From: Octopus bimaculoides
Lineage: Eukaryota
Length of the DNA: 64,000 nt
Direction: 5' to 3'
NCBI RefSeq assembly: GCF_001194135.2
Contig: NC_068983.1
Span: forward strand, 99,630,105-99,694,104
The stretch's first letter is position 1, and each line of letters opens with the position of its first letter. The notes under the pieces are model-generated. The model worked only from the letters and a program-made list of their open reading frames with translations, did not search any database and had not been told where the DNA came from. Of the stretch, positions 41,122-51,859 are shown in pieces. The translations under genes were made by a program, and so were the position numbers.

Positions 41122-42015
41122 GCACAACATATAATGCCTCATTATACGAAGTTTTAATGAGCAAAAATTAACATTAAGTTTTGCAGACAAGCATCATTTG
41201 CGTGATAAAGCCTTGTAAGAAGCATTATCAAAACCAAATCTACTGATAAGAAATTACGAAAAAATAACTAAATATTTATAAAATCTAATGTAATAAATAC
41301 AACATTTAATCATCGGCAATCTTAATGTCTGGGAGAAATTAATACTTAATAAACCATTGTGAGCAATAATTGTTGAAAGAACATGATAAATACTCGATAC
41401 AACCTTTGAAATAAAGAGAGTGGCAAAAGAAAGAAGACTGAAAAGAAATAACTGCCGGTAAAGACAGAAGTGCATAGGAAAAGAGGAAGTGGAAACAGAA
41501 TTAGCATTGGACAGATATCAGATGACACTGAAATGATGGCCTGATGGGGTCTGCACTCGACACAACTGATGACTTGATCACAATTATTAGATGATGTCAC
41601 TTTAGAGAGAAGCTCAGGACTAATCACAACCCCTTCTTTTCGTTTACTGACAGTAATATGTAGTTTAATTACAGATTAAACCACTTGACTATGTGCTACA
41701 ATGCAGCCTTAACACATGATATAGAAACACTTTCGATATAACAATAGCAACGAATAACAAACTTTTTTTCTTTTTATGAATTTAAAAACCTAAAAAAATC
41801 ATACATTACATATAGAGACTCGAATAGTGTGTGTGCGTATATGCGCGTTCTTATATAAACAGGAAAAAGTACTCAATACATGAAATAAAGTTAATTCATT
41901 TATTCGAAGACGATGACGCTCTTTCTGTCTCTACTCTGAGTTTCATGTCCCCCAACTCGTTCTGTGAAAAGGGAAAAGAAAATAGGAACGCAAAACTCAG
42001 AGCAGCGATGAATGA

Positions 42016-42048
<33 letters not shown>

Positions 42049-42199
42049 GTCGCCAGAGAATATCATAACTCGAGAAATTTTTTAAAAATCAACTTATAAG
42101 CGAATAAAAATTCTTTCTTAAAGTTTATGTTCTTTCAACTAACGATTTCACAGATTTCATTTAGGTCTTGGCTGCCTTGCTAATTAAAATGTTTTGAAG

Positions 42200-42500
42200 C
42201 ACAACCTCTTTTTTTTTTAATATCTTAACATTCGCATGCTATTTTCCCATTAAAGATGATGATGTAGCAAAGTATGGTAATCAGATAGATGGTGCCATTT
42301 CTTGAGAACATGATAGGTGGAGAATTTCCCAACGTAAGTCCATGATCTTTTTGCTGCATCAAACATATCACATGCGTTGTCTTGGTGATGCAGGACATCT
42401 TTCTGATTCTACATGAAGATCCTATCCAACCCGTTCGAATCGCTTGCCGCGGACTTCTGCGATATCATCTACTGCCGATTGAGAAGTTCGAAATTACTTT
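42200..42500 (-). mobile_element. mariner transposase C-terminal remnant
   Basis: VLHHQDNA...KIMDLRWEILH...MAPS(D)YH, the mariner HHDNA...YSPDLAPSDY region. Confidence 0.7.
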
Positions 42501-43249
42501 AATGTCCCATTAAAAGTAAAACTAAATTTTCATTACACAGATATCAGGTTTTAGGGGAGGGGAATTTGTTTTTGTTTTAAATCTTTTTCTTAATACGAAG
42601 TAAAAAAAAAAACGAAACCTTTTATCCTTGACCGTAGATTCTCGTGCACTACGCACTGAATCGATCAGAGAGTTTGAGGTATACAGAAAACCATCTCTAC
42701 AGAGTTTTCTTAAAATTCAAGATATTTACATACAATTTCAGAGACTATAAATAATTACTGCACCATGTCAGATGTACGTTGCCTTAGGTTAGACTCTACA
42801 AGCATTTTTGAAAGCACCAACACTAATTCCAACATGTCGGCATTTGCCGTTACACTTGTTAAGTTTAAATTCTAAGAAAGAAATTCAAAGAAACATTGTT
42901 GACACTTTCACACAATTACAAGACTCCAATAAACTGATATTCCTTATGGAAGTAGCATCGCATGTCAATTGAGTCCTGTCGTGCACTGTATGAGTTTGAT
43001 GTAGATTGACTTATAGATTAATTTCGGATAGATTATGTTTAACCGGTAGATAGAAGATTGAAGCATTGCATATTAAATGTAAATGTTAAGGGTTCTCAAG
43101 CAAAGGCGTCTTTTAATCAATTTCCTGATAACATGATATATATACATAATTTACAAGCATGATGGAATTTTTATATGCAATTTAAAAACAAAACAGCAGA
43201 CGAAAATATAAATAGAGATGTAGTGGTAAATAATAATTCAACAACTAAC

Positions 43250-43315
43250 CTTTATTACATCCACAGGTCCAAGATTGAGTCTGTGGACGAAGGGGTTTTT
43301 CATGGGTTCAACCAT
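43250..43315 (-). CDS. LPCAT2: LPCAT1/2-like acyltransferase, coding exon 1 (MVEPMKNPFVHRLNLGPVDVIK)
   Basis: 66 nt from ATG 43315 to AAG|GTTAGT donor at 43250, phase 0. NPFVHRLNLG resembles the LPCAT2 N-terminal NPFVQQTQIG segment, which precedes the same exon junction. In-frame TAA upstream and no earlier in-frame ATG. Too short for the ORF track. Confidence 0.8.
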
Positions 43316-43637
43316 AAGTTGTTTGGAAATGTACTCCTTCTTTACGAGGGAGAAACTGACACAGCTATAAAGGATCCAACGCAGGGTTATCCGTTAATAT
43401 ATGGGTAGATGTATAGGGGAGAGTCAAAATAGAAACCAAAGAAAAGAATAACCACAACAAAATCGTTTCGACACCAAGCAGATATACTCTAACCCTAAAC
43501 GTTTCAGCCAGCTGCAAAATGATAGACAAAGCACTGCAAACAGTGATGATAAGATGGTGTCAGCAGCGGAACAGTTGACACCGAAAAAAAAACCATTCAA
43601 CGTCGGCGACAACTTATCAAAAAAAAAAAAAATATCA

Positions 43638-43657
43638 ACTTCCTGTACGCGTGCGCA
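43638..43657. promoter_or_regulatory. Putative TATA-less promoter of the LPCAT gene: ETS site plus NRF1-like site
   Basis: ACTTCCTG (43638-43645) abuts TACGCGTGCGCA (43646-43657; minus strand TGCGCACGCGTA, 11/12 match to YGCGCAYGCGCR), about 330 bp upstream of the ATG in a CpG-retaining zone. Confidence 0.5.
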
Positions 43658-44508
43658 GTAATCAGCGGTTCTATTCAAGTCTTCGAATGTCTAGTTTATT
43701 ATTTCAATAAATTGGGCAAACTTTCAGACTTGAATAATTCTTTTGCGCAATCTTTCAAACAATGATTGATTTCTGTGTAAATTTTTATAGAATACAGATT
43801 ATTTCTTCATATAAGTGATTTGTTAATGAAATCAGTATTCAAGTTTTTATTATTATTATTATTATTATTATTAGAAAGCAAATTGTGAAATGAATATTGA
43901 CAGAAATTTTTTTTTATAATTGTACATGAAGTATAAATTAAAAACAATAGAAAAGCTGACTATAATTAGTTTATCAAAATCAATTTATGTAAATGTATAT
44001 AANNNNNNNNNNNNNNNNNNNNNNNNNNNNNNNNNNNNNNNNNNNNNNNNNNNNNNNNNNNNNNNNNNNNNNNNNNNNNNNNNNNNNNNNNNNNNNNNNN
44101 NNNNNNNNNNNNNNNNNNNNNNNNNNNNNNNNNNNNNNNNNNNNNNNNNNNNNNNNNNNNNNNNNNNNNNNNNNNNNNNNNNNNNNNNNNNNNNNNNNNN
44201 NNNNNNNNNNNNNNNNNNNNNNNNNNNNNNNNNNNNNNNNNNNNNNNNNNNNNNNNNNNNNNNNNNNNNNNNNNNNNNNNNNNNNNNNNNNNNNNNNNNN
44301 NNNNNNNNNNNNNNNNNNNNNNNNNNNNNNNNNNNNNNNNNNNNNNNNNNNNNNNNNNNNNNNNNNNNNNNNNNNNNNNNNNNNNNNNNNNNNNNNNNNN
44401 NNNNNNTTTTCTTTTTCCCCCAGTAGTTTTGTTTAGTGTTCATTCACTGCACAACTGAACACAACTCTGCCTTTGATATATACATAATGTTTTGTTCTGC
44501 TTTTGAAT

Positions 44509-44543
<35 letters not shown>

Positions 44544-44659
44544 CAGAACTCTGTATAATATATGTGCAGTGTCTTGTGTTAATTTTCTATATTTTGTGAG
44601 TATCTGAAAGACTCAGGAGTTTGATTATATATTTGTTTATCAGAAGACTGGGAGCATGC

Positions 44660-45700
44660 CTAGTTGTATGGCAGTACTGATGAGAAAGAGATAAACTTCA
44701 GACCCATAACTCTGCTAAATACAAAATTAAAGTACTGGCATAGAAGTAGATGTTTGTCTACTGGAAGTGCAGAAACTTGTGCACTTCCAGATAGATTCAT
44801 CTTGGTAACTTTCGCATCAAGAGTACATAGCAGAGAGGAAAGAGAATAGTTGAGATTTTGATAGGGGTCCTGATCAATTTGATCAGTTCAAAAGCATTCA
44901 GTATGGTAAGATGGCAATACTTAGCAGTTGCTCTGCAAGTGGATGACTAATTTTCACGATGGCAACAGTTATTTTATGGTTTAAGTTAACAGAAACATAA
45001 AGCTATTCAGCATCAGATTATGGCTCAGTCACAATTTATACTCTCATTTATTTTTCTTATTTTTTACATATTGATCCTAGTGCCTCTACTAATAAGTTGA
45101 ATATTACAAGAAACATCCCACTTAAAATGGAAGAAAAGAATGTGGAATCTGTTTACATAGATGATATAACAATCATAGTGTCACACACCTCCAAAATTGA
45201 AATATTATATCAAACATGCTGAATGCAAGCAGACAATACAAACACAAAAAAGAAAAAAAAGAGAATTTGGTGAACTCTTGTCTGAACAGCTGGAAGGTAA
45301 GTCCTTACCAATAAACAATTGTTGTACCAATTGTCTGGTAAAATTTCTTGAGGGCTTGGTTTTGCCAGGCTTCTAATTGTAGAAGTATGAAAAATTAACA
45401 ATGTGATAATTTTTCACTCAGAAAATGAACTAAGAGGAAACTGTTACTGAAATGCAGGACTGAACATAGTCAACAAACACATCACTTTAGTTTTGCACAA
45501 TAATTTAACAACCAAACTTCATTCCAAGGATTATCTGACTAAACTGGCATTCCCACACCTTTGCTTTTTTGTAAAAGCTACAATACTATGGTTCAGAAAG
45601 TTCATATACTCACATCATAGAGATCTCATCGTGCACAGACTTGCACTGAGGCTACCATATGCTAAGAGCTGGTAAGACATATATTTGTAAGGAACTACTG
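44660..45700 (+). mobile_element. Decayed Tx1/L1-clade LINE RT
   Basis: INFRPITLLNT, GVLI.L..SKAF..V.WQYL, VYIDDITIIV. Confidence 0.65.
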
Positions 45701-46184
45701 GAAAAGAATTGAGTCGTTCTCCACATTCAAAGTAAAACATCTTCCACCACCTACCTTTAACAAGGAAAATTGTTAAAGAAATGTGGTGTTTTTATGCCTG
45801 GGAGTTAGGATAAAAGAGACAGTGCAGTGAATGAAGCTGAAATGCTTGAAGCCAAACTCTTTCTGTTCAAATAAATCCCTAATTATCTTCTGTCAGAATC
45901 ACTTGAGGTGGAAAGTGCAGGCAGAGAATGTAATTCTGATCTCCAGTAAAATTTATGAAAGGTCAATGAAACTGGTAAGTGCTTCATAAATGATAGTATC
46001 AACTCTCAATTTTCTATAGTTGATTAAAAACAAGGAGAAAGCAATTACATTTGTGTTGAGGAAAAAAAAATGGTTTATGTGGAGTGCTTTAATTTCTTCT
46101 TTTTGCTTGCTTGCTTCATACTCTTGCTTGATGATGCTGGAGTCATCCCAGCTTAGTAATCCCAGAGATGTCATCATGCATAGA

Positions 46185-46460
46185 GCTGATCAGGTCTACC
46201 AGTGCTCTCCACCACAGGCAGTCTTGTGCCAGCCCTTCTGCATTTTCCAAGGTGACATTGAGCTTTTAGAGATCTTCTCCGATCACATCCAGCCCTCTCG
46301 TGCAGGGCCTGCTACGAGGCCTCTAGCCTGCAACTGCTGCCTCAAATGAGAGTAAAGCTCTGGTAGGATGATCTAGGGGAGATGGAGGACACATCCATAC
46401 CAGCACATGTGACAGGTAGCTATGATGTGGGAGGCTGCAGGTTGAAGCTTGTGTGCACGC
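46185..46460 (-). mobile_element. RTE-type LINE 3' fragment with (GAT/CAT) tail
   Basis: The minus strand reads as G..GRP...WLDVI.EDL..LNVTLENA...AQD..WWRALVDL. Confidence 0.55.
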
Positions 46461-48178
46461 AGTTCTTCCTTTTGGAAATATTATATTTTATATTTATATT
46501 GTAATTATAGAATTGTGACATTATAATTATGGATTTGCCTTTTAATCAAATTTTGTCTCTTTACATTCTGAGTTCAAATCTCACTGATGTCAATATTGCT
46601 TTTAATTATTCTAGAGTTAATAAAATAAGCACTAATCATTTACTGAAGTAAGTTAAATCAACTACAACCTATCCACCAAAATTTGTGACTTTGTTCCAAG
46701 TATATTGGTTTCAAATTTTGGAATTAGGTTAGCAATTTTAGGGGAGGAGCAAATCACTTACATCAACCCCCAATGCTCAACTGGTACTTATTTCATCAAC
46801 CCTGAAAGGATAAAAGGCAAAGTCTACCTTGGTGGAATTTGAATTCAGAGCCCTGACTGGCTCCCATGCCAGTGGCACATAAAAAGCACCTACCGAATGT
46901 GGCTGATGCCAGTACCCCCAGAGTGGTTCCTATGCCGGTGGTACGTAAAAAGCGCCATCTGAACATAATCGATGCCAGGCCCGCCTAACTAGATCCTGTG
47001 GCATGTAGAAAGCACCAACTACACTCTTGGAGTGGTTGGTGTTAGGAAGGGCATCCAGCTGTAGAAGCAATGCCAGATTGGATTGAAGCCCGGTGCAGAT
47101 GCTGGCTCTCCTGACCTCAGTCAAACTGTCCAACCTCTGCCAGCATGGAAAGCGGACGTTAAACAATGATGATGAAGATGATAAAATGTTGCTATGCATT
47201 TTGCCCAGCATGCTAACGAACCTGCCAGCTCACCACCTTCCTTGTTCCAAATATATTACTAATAAACACCATGTTATGTTGATACAATCATAGTCAAGAC
47301 TCATTAGAACATCAGACAAAATGCCTTATTGTATTTAGTCTTGACAGACTGACTGACCCACATGCACAATCTTAAGACTGATTGATTTTAAGTATTTCAG
47401 TCCTGAGGAACCGTTACTATTGGTTCCACAGTACCAGATCCAATGAAAGCCTTGAAATTTTCCATTATTGATCTCATGTTCTTTTGCCAGAAGTAAAGTT
47501 GTTTTTAATATCAACAAAACCAATTGTTATATATAGTTTGGAATCCATCCATCACTTTCCACCTGGAAGAAGCCTCCACTCAGGACAAGTAAAATCATGG
47601 TTGTCTTTGCATAAAGGCATGTACCTTACATCCCTCTTCAGTTGAGCAATCTTATTCGTGTTGGCTCGTGGGTGCTGGTGCCACATGAAAAGCATCCAGT
47701 ACACTCTGTAAAGTGGTTGATGTTGGGAAGGACATCCAACAGTAGAAACTGTGTCAAAACAGATAAATGAAGCTTGAGCAGCTCTTCAGCTGGCCAGCTC
47801 CTATCAAGCCATCCTACTCATGCCAGCATGGAAAACAGATGTTAAATGATGATGTGTTGCTAGAACTCATTCATCAACTGTCTCATTCTTTCTCCTATAT
47901 TTTTACAACTTTCTTGTGACCATTTCTAATTATACACAACCTCTACAAAGAATATTATTCTTTACTTCTCTTTCATAGGTTTTTATCCACATTCAATTTC
48001 ACTACTGCATGCCAGTAAATATGCACATTTTCACCAAATAGGGTCTAAACAATTGCATCAAAACAAATACAACACATCTCATAGAAAAGAACACCCACTT
48101 CATTATACCTTCTTCTCTACTTACAAATATTGGTAACACTGCTAGAATTATCACACCTATTACAAATACTAGGTTTAA

Positions 48179-48394
48179 CCCTTTAACATTTCAATTGGCC
48201 ATGTCTAGCCAAACTATTCTACCTGTTTCATGTTCAAAGTAGTTCTGGCCTCTCACACCTATTATACAGTGTCATTTTTAAAATAAACAACTACATCATT
48301 GAAATCTTGAAGCTACGAGACAATGCATAGTTAATTCAAAACTATGTCAATAAAGAAGCATTACATTTGACAGAACAATCTGAAAGCTAAAGGT
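48179..48394. mobile_element. piggyBac-type MITE with TTAA target duplication
   Basis: TTAA (48175-78) | CCCTTTAACATTT ... GAAAGCTAAAGGT | TTAA (48395-98). Confidence 0.7.
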
Positions 48395-48819
48395 TTAACA
48401 ATATTTAGAACCTATTTGCAGTAAAAATTTTCTCAAATTCTAATTCTGAAGCAACATTCATCATATAACAAGGGATTAGTGAGCTGTAATGTAAGTCCAA
48501 ATGACTTGGGTATTATTTTTCCACAGCAATATAGCCTCACTAAATCTTCTCTCAATACTTAACAAAACAGCATGAGCTAATCATTGTTTGGAGTAGAATG
48601 AGACTTGATGTTATTATAGTATTCACAAAAGTTGTATCAAATCTTAATATAATCTAATTACACTTCAAGAAGGCAGCCTAAATATTTACCATATAGATAA
48701 CAGGGAGATTTTTTTTTTTGTGTATGTATTTGCATATTATATTTTTTATGAACATAGATTTTACAGTAGAAATTTATAGATACAAAGTTTCATATATATT
48801 TTGCGTGTGTGTGTGTGTA

Positions 48820-48877
<58 letters not shown>

Positions 48878-48884
48878 TATATTA

Positions 48885-49485
48885 TGTATTGTGGAAAGAA
48901 CCTGTGAAAGAGGTAAACTCAGAAAGACATGGGACAAGGTGGAGAAGATGATCTTCAAATGCTGGGTATAACAGAGGTGAGGACAAGTGACTGAGACTTT
49001 GGCGATATACTGTACTTGAGAAACCTCATCAAGCCAAGTGAAATTATAGTCATGGTTGTTGCCAGTGTCATGTGGATGGCACCCATGGAATCATAATCAT
49101 GGGTGTTGCCAGTAGCCTGACTTTCAAATGCTGGGCCTCACTGAGGTGACGACAAGTGACTGAGACCTTTGGTAATATGCTGTGATTGAGAAGACTCGTC
49201 AAGCCAAGTGAAATTGTAGTCATAGCTATTTCCTGTGTCATGTAAATGGCACCCATGAAAGTGTAGTTGTAGCCATTGCAGGTGTCACGTAAATGGAACC
49301 CATGTCAGTGGCACATAAGAAGCGTCCATTACACTCTCAAAGTGGTTGGTGTTAGGAAGGGCATCCAGCCATAGAAGCCATGCCAAATCAGACTGGAACC
49401 TGGTGCAGCCCTCCGATTTACCTGTTCCAGTCAAACCATCTAACCTATGCTACTATAGAATGCAGATGTTAAATGATAATGATGA
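48885..49485 (+). mobile_element. RTE LINE 3' end with about 169-bp internal duplication
   Basis: VERTCERGKLRKTWD..DDLQMLG...WRY.VLEK..QAK*. The GAGGTGA..ACAAGTGACTGAGAC block occurs at 48974 and 49143; same 3'UTR and (GAT)n tail as 1-667. Confidence 0.75.
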
Positions 49486-49582
49486 TATATATACATATGT
49501 ATATATATATATATATATATATATCATCATCATCATCATCTCATCACTTCAACAATTATATATATATAATATATTATATATG

Positions 49583-49956
49583 TACTCCATTGGTTACAAC
49601 AATGAGGGTTCCAGTTGATCCAATCGACAGAACAACCTACTCATGAAATTAACGTGCAAGTAGCTGAGGACTCCACAGACACATGTACTCTTAACGTAGT
49701 TCTTGGGGAGATTCAGCATGACAGAGTGTGACAAGGCTGGCCCTTTGAAATACGGGTACAACAGAAACAGGAAGAAAGAGTGAGAGAAAGTTGTGGTGAA
49801 AGAATACAGCAGGGTTCGCCACCAGCCCCTGCTGAAGCTTCATGGAGCTTTAGGTGTTTTCATTCAATAAACACTCACAATGCCCAGTCTGGGAATCAAA
49901 ACCACGATCCTACGACGGCAAGTCTGCTGCCCTAACCACTGCGCCATTGCACCTCC
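49583..49956 (-). mobile_element. tRNA-derived SINE (family B)
   Basis: Reverse complement of 5228-5611. Confidence 0.85.
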
Positions 49957-50312
49957 ACATATGTTCGAATGTACAGAAAACAAAAGATGAAGACAGGTGA
50001 TGGAACAACAAACAGGTGTATTAGTTTGATGCTCAGAAGGAATAGAAAAGTCTTTGATGTTTTGATCCTACACTATTCGACTGAAAGGATTCAGATGGAA
50101 AAATGAAGAGAGAATGAAAAAAACAGAGAGAGAAAAAAATGTGTAGGAATCATTGGTTCAACATAATGAAATGATGAAATATATATACAGTTTTACCTGC
50201 ATGAGTAAACCTTTGAACAAAGCTACATAGGAATGAATATGCACTGCAACTGAACCAACTAAATGCACATTAATGCAACATTTGAAAGGACATTAGGACA
50301 CTTATCCAGCAG

Positions 50313-50810
50313 ATAAATTTAGTAAATGGAGTAAAACGCATATGTTACCTGCATGCTTTTATTTCCAACATATGTTTTGAAGATTACAAATTATACCTTC
50401 CATAGGAATAAGTGATGTTGTTAAGAATGTAATCTTCTCTTCAGAGAAATNNNNNNNNNNTAAGTGATGTTGTTAAGAATGTAATCTTCTCTTCAGAGAA
50501 ATGCATGGGAACCAGCTTAAATGTAAGACATTTTAACCGAATATGAGAACTGTAGTAGGAGAAGGTTGTTACGTAATTTATTTGAAAAAGCCGTTAGATA
50601 CTCTAACAACCTTCTCCTACTACAGTTCTCATATTCGGTTAAAATGTCTTACGTTTAAGCTGGTTCCCATGCATTTCTCTGAAGAGAAGATTACATTCTT
50701 AACAACATCACCTATTCCTATGGAAGGTATAATTTGTAATCTTCGAAATATATGTTGGAAATAAAAGCATGCAGTTAACATATGCGTTTTACTCCATTTA
50801 CTAAATTTAT
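50313..50810. repeat. Long near-perfect inverted repeat (foldback/MITE-like)
   Basis: 207-bp arms after removing a 42-bp overlap across the 10-N gap; 32-bp spacer at 50572-50603; about 5 mismatches counted by eye. Confidence 0.92.
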
Positions 50811-51454
50811 ATATACTCAAGTACCCAAAATAACAAGGAGTTTCTACCTCGTAAACAGGAGTTACACCACAGTCATTTTGTGATCTTTGCTACCCTGGTA
50901 TCTATTAACCAAGTTATTTTGTCAGAGTTATTTATTAATTAGGAGAAAATAAATACATATAATAAAAAAANNNNNNNNNNNNNNNNNNNNNNNNNNNNNN
51001 NNNNNNNNNNNNNNNNNNNNNNNNNNNNNNNNNNNNNNNNNNNNNNNNNNNNNNNNNNNNNNNNNNNNNNNNNNNNNNNNNNNNNNNNNNNNNNNNNNNN
51101 NNNNNNNNNNNNNNNNNNNNNNNNNNNNNNNNNNNNNNNNNNNNNNNNNNNNNNNNNNNNNNNNNNNNNNNNNNNNNNNNNNNNNNNNNNNNNNNNNNNN
51201 NNNNNNNNNNNNNNNNNNNNNNNNNNNNNNNNNNNNNNNNNNNNNNNNNNNNNNNNNNNNNNNNNNNNNNNNNNNNNNNNNNNNNNNNNNNNNNNNNNNN
51301 NNNNNNNNNNNNNNNNNNNNNNNNNNNNNNNNNNNNNNNNNNNNNNNNNNNNNNNNNNNNNNNNNNNNNNNNNNNNNNNNNNNNNNNNNNNNNNNNNNNN
51401 NNNNNNNNNNNNNNNNNNNNNNNNNNNNNNNNNNNNATATATATATATATATAT

Positions 51455-51667
51455 ATATATATATAACCTCGTGTATATCGTTGGTGATTTTTTCTTCCTC
51501 CGTCTTCCCTTCTTTGGAGTTTCCTATATTTCCGACGAAGAGCTCCACTCGAAACGTCAAATTCCCCTTCCTTCCTTTACTGAGCATCCAGTTTCACAAT
51601 ATCTGTATCACGTCCTCGCGTTGTTGTTTTATGTTGTTTTTTTGTTGTTTTTCTTGTTTGAACTCAC

Positions 51668-51670
<3 letters not shown>
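51455..51670 (+). mobile_element. Penelope-like pLTR fragment with hammerhead-like core
   Basis: Sits between (TA)n and (TG)n; contains CCGACGA-A-GAG-ctcca-CTC-GAAACGTC at 51532-51558. Confidence 0.55.
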
Positions 51671-51705
<35 letters not shown>

Positions 51706-51859
51706 CGTGTGTGCATGCGTGCGTGCGTGTGTGTGTGTGTGTGTGTGTGCGCAGATTTAGCTGTGTGGTAAGAAGCTTGTTTCTCAACCACAGGATTCTG
51801 AGTTCAGTCCCACTGCATGGCATCTTGGGCAAGTGTCTTCTACTATAGCNNNNNNNNNN

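Noticed and set aside
45297-45982. Plus-strand GTAAGT donors (about 45297 and 45977) suggesting a divergent gene
   Set aside because: They lie in or beside a decayed Tx1/L1 RT, and no recognisable host protein or consistent exon chain was found from 43.7 to 64 kb.
50409-50502. 42-bp direct duplication in the foldback's left arm
   Set aside because: The two copies flank a 10-N gap and the right arm has only one; this is an unmerged contig overlap.
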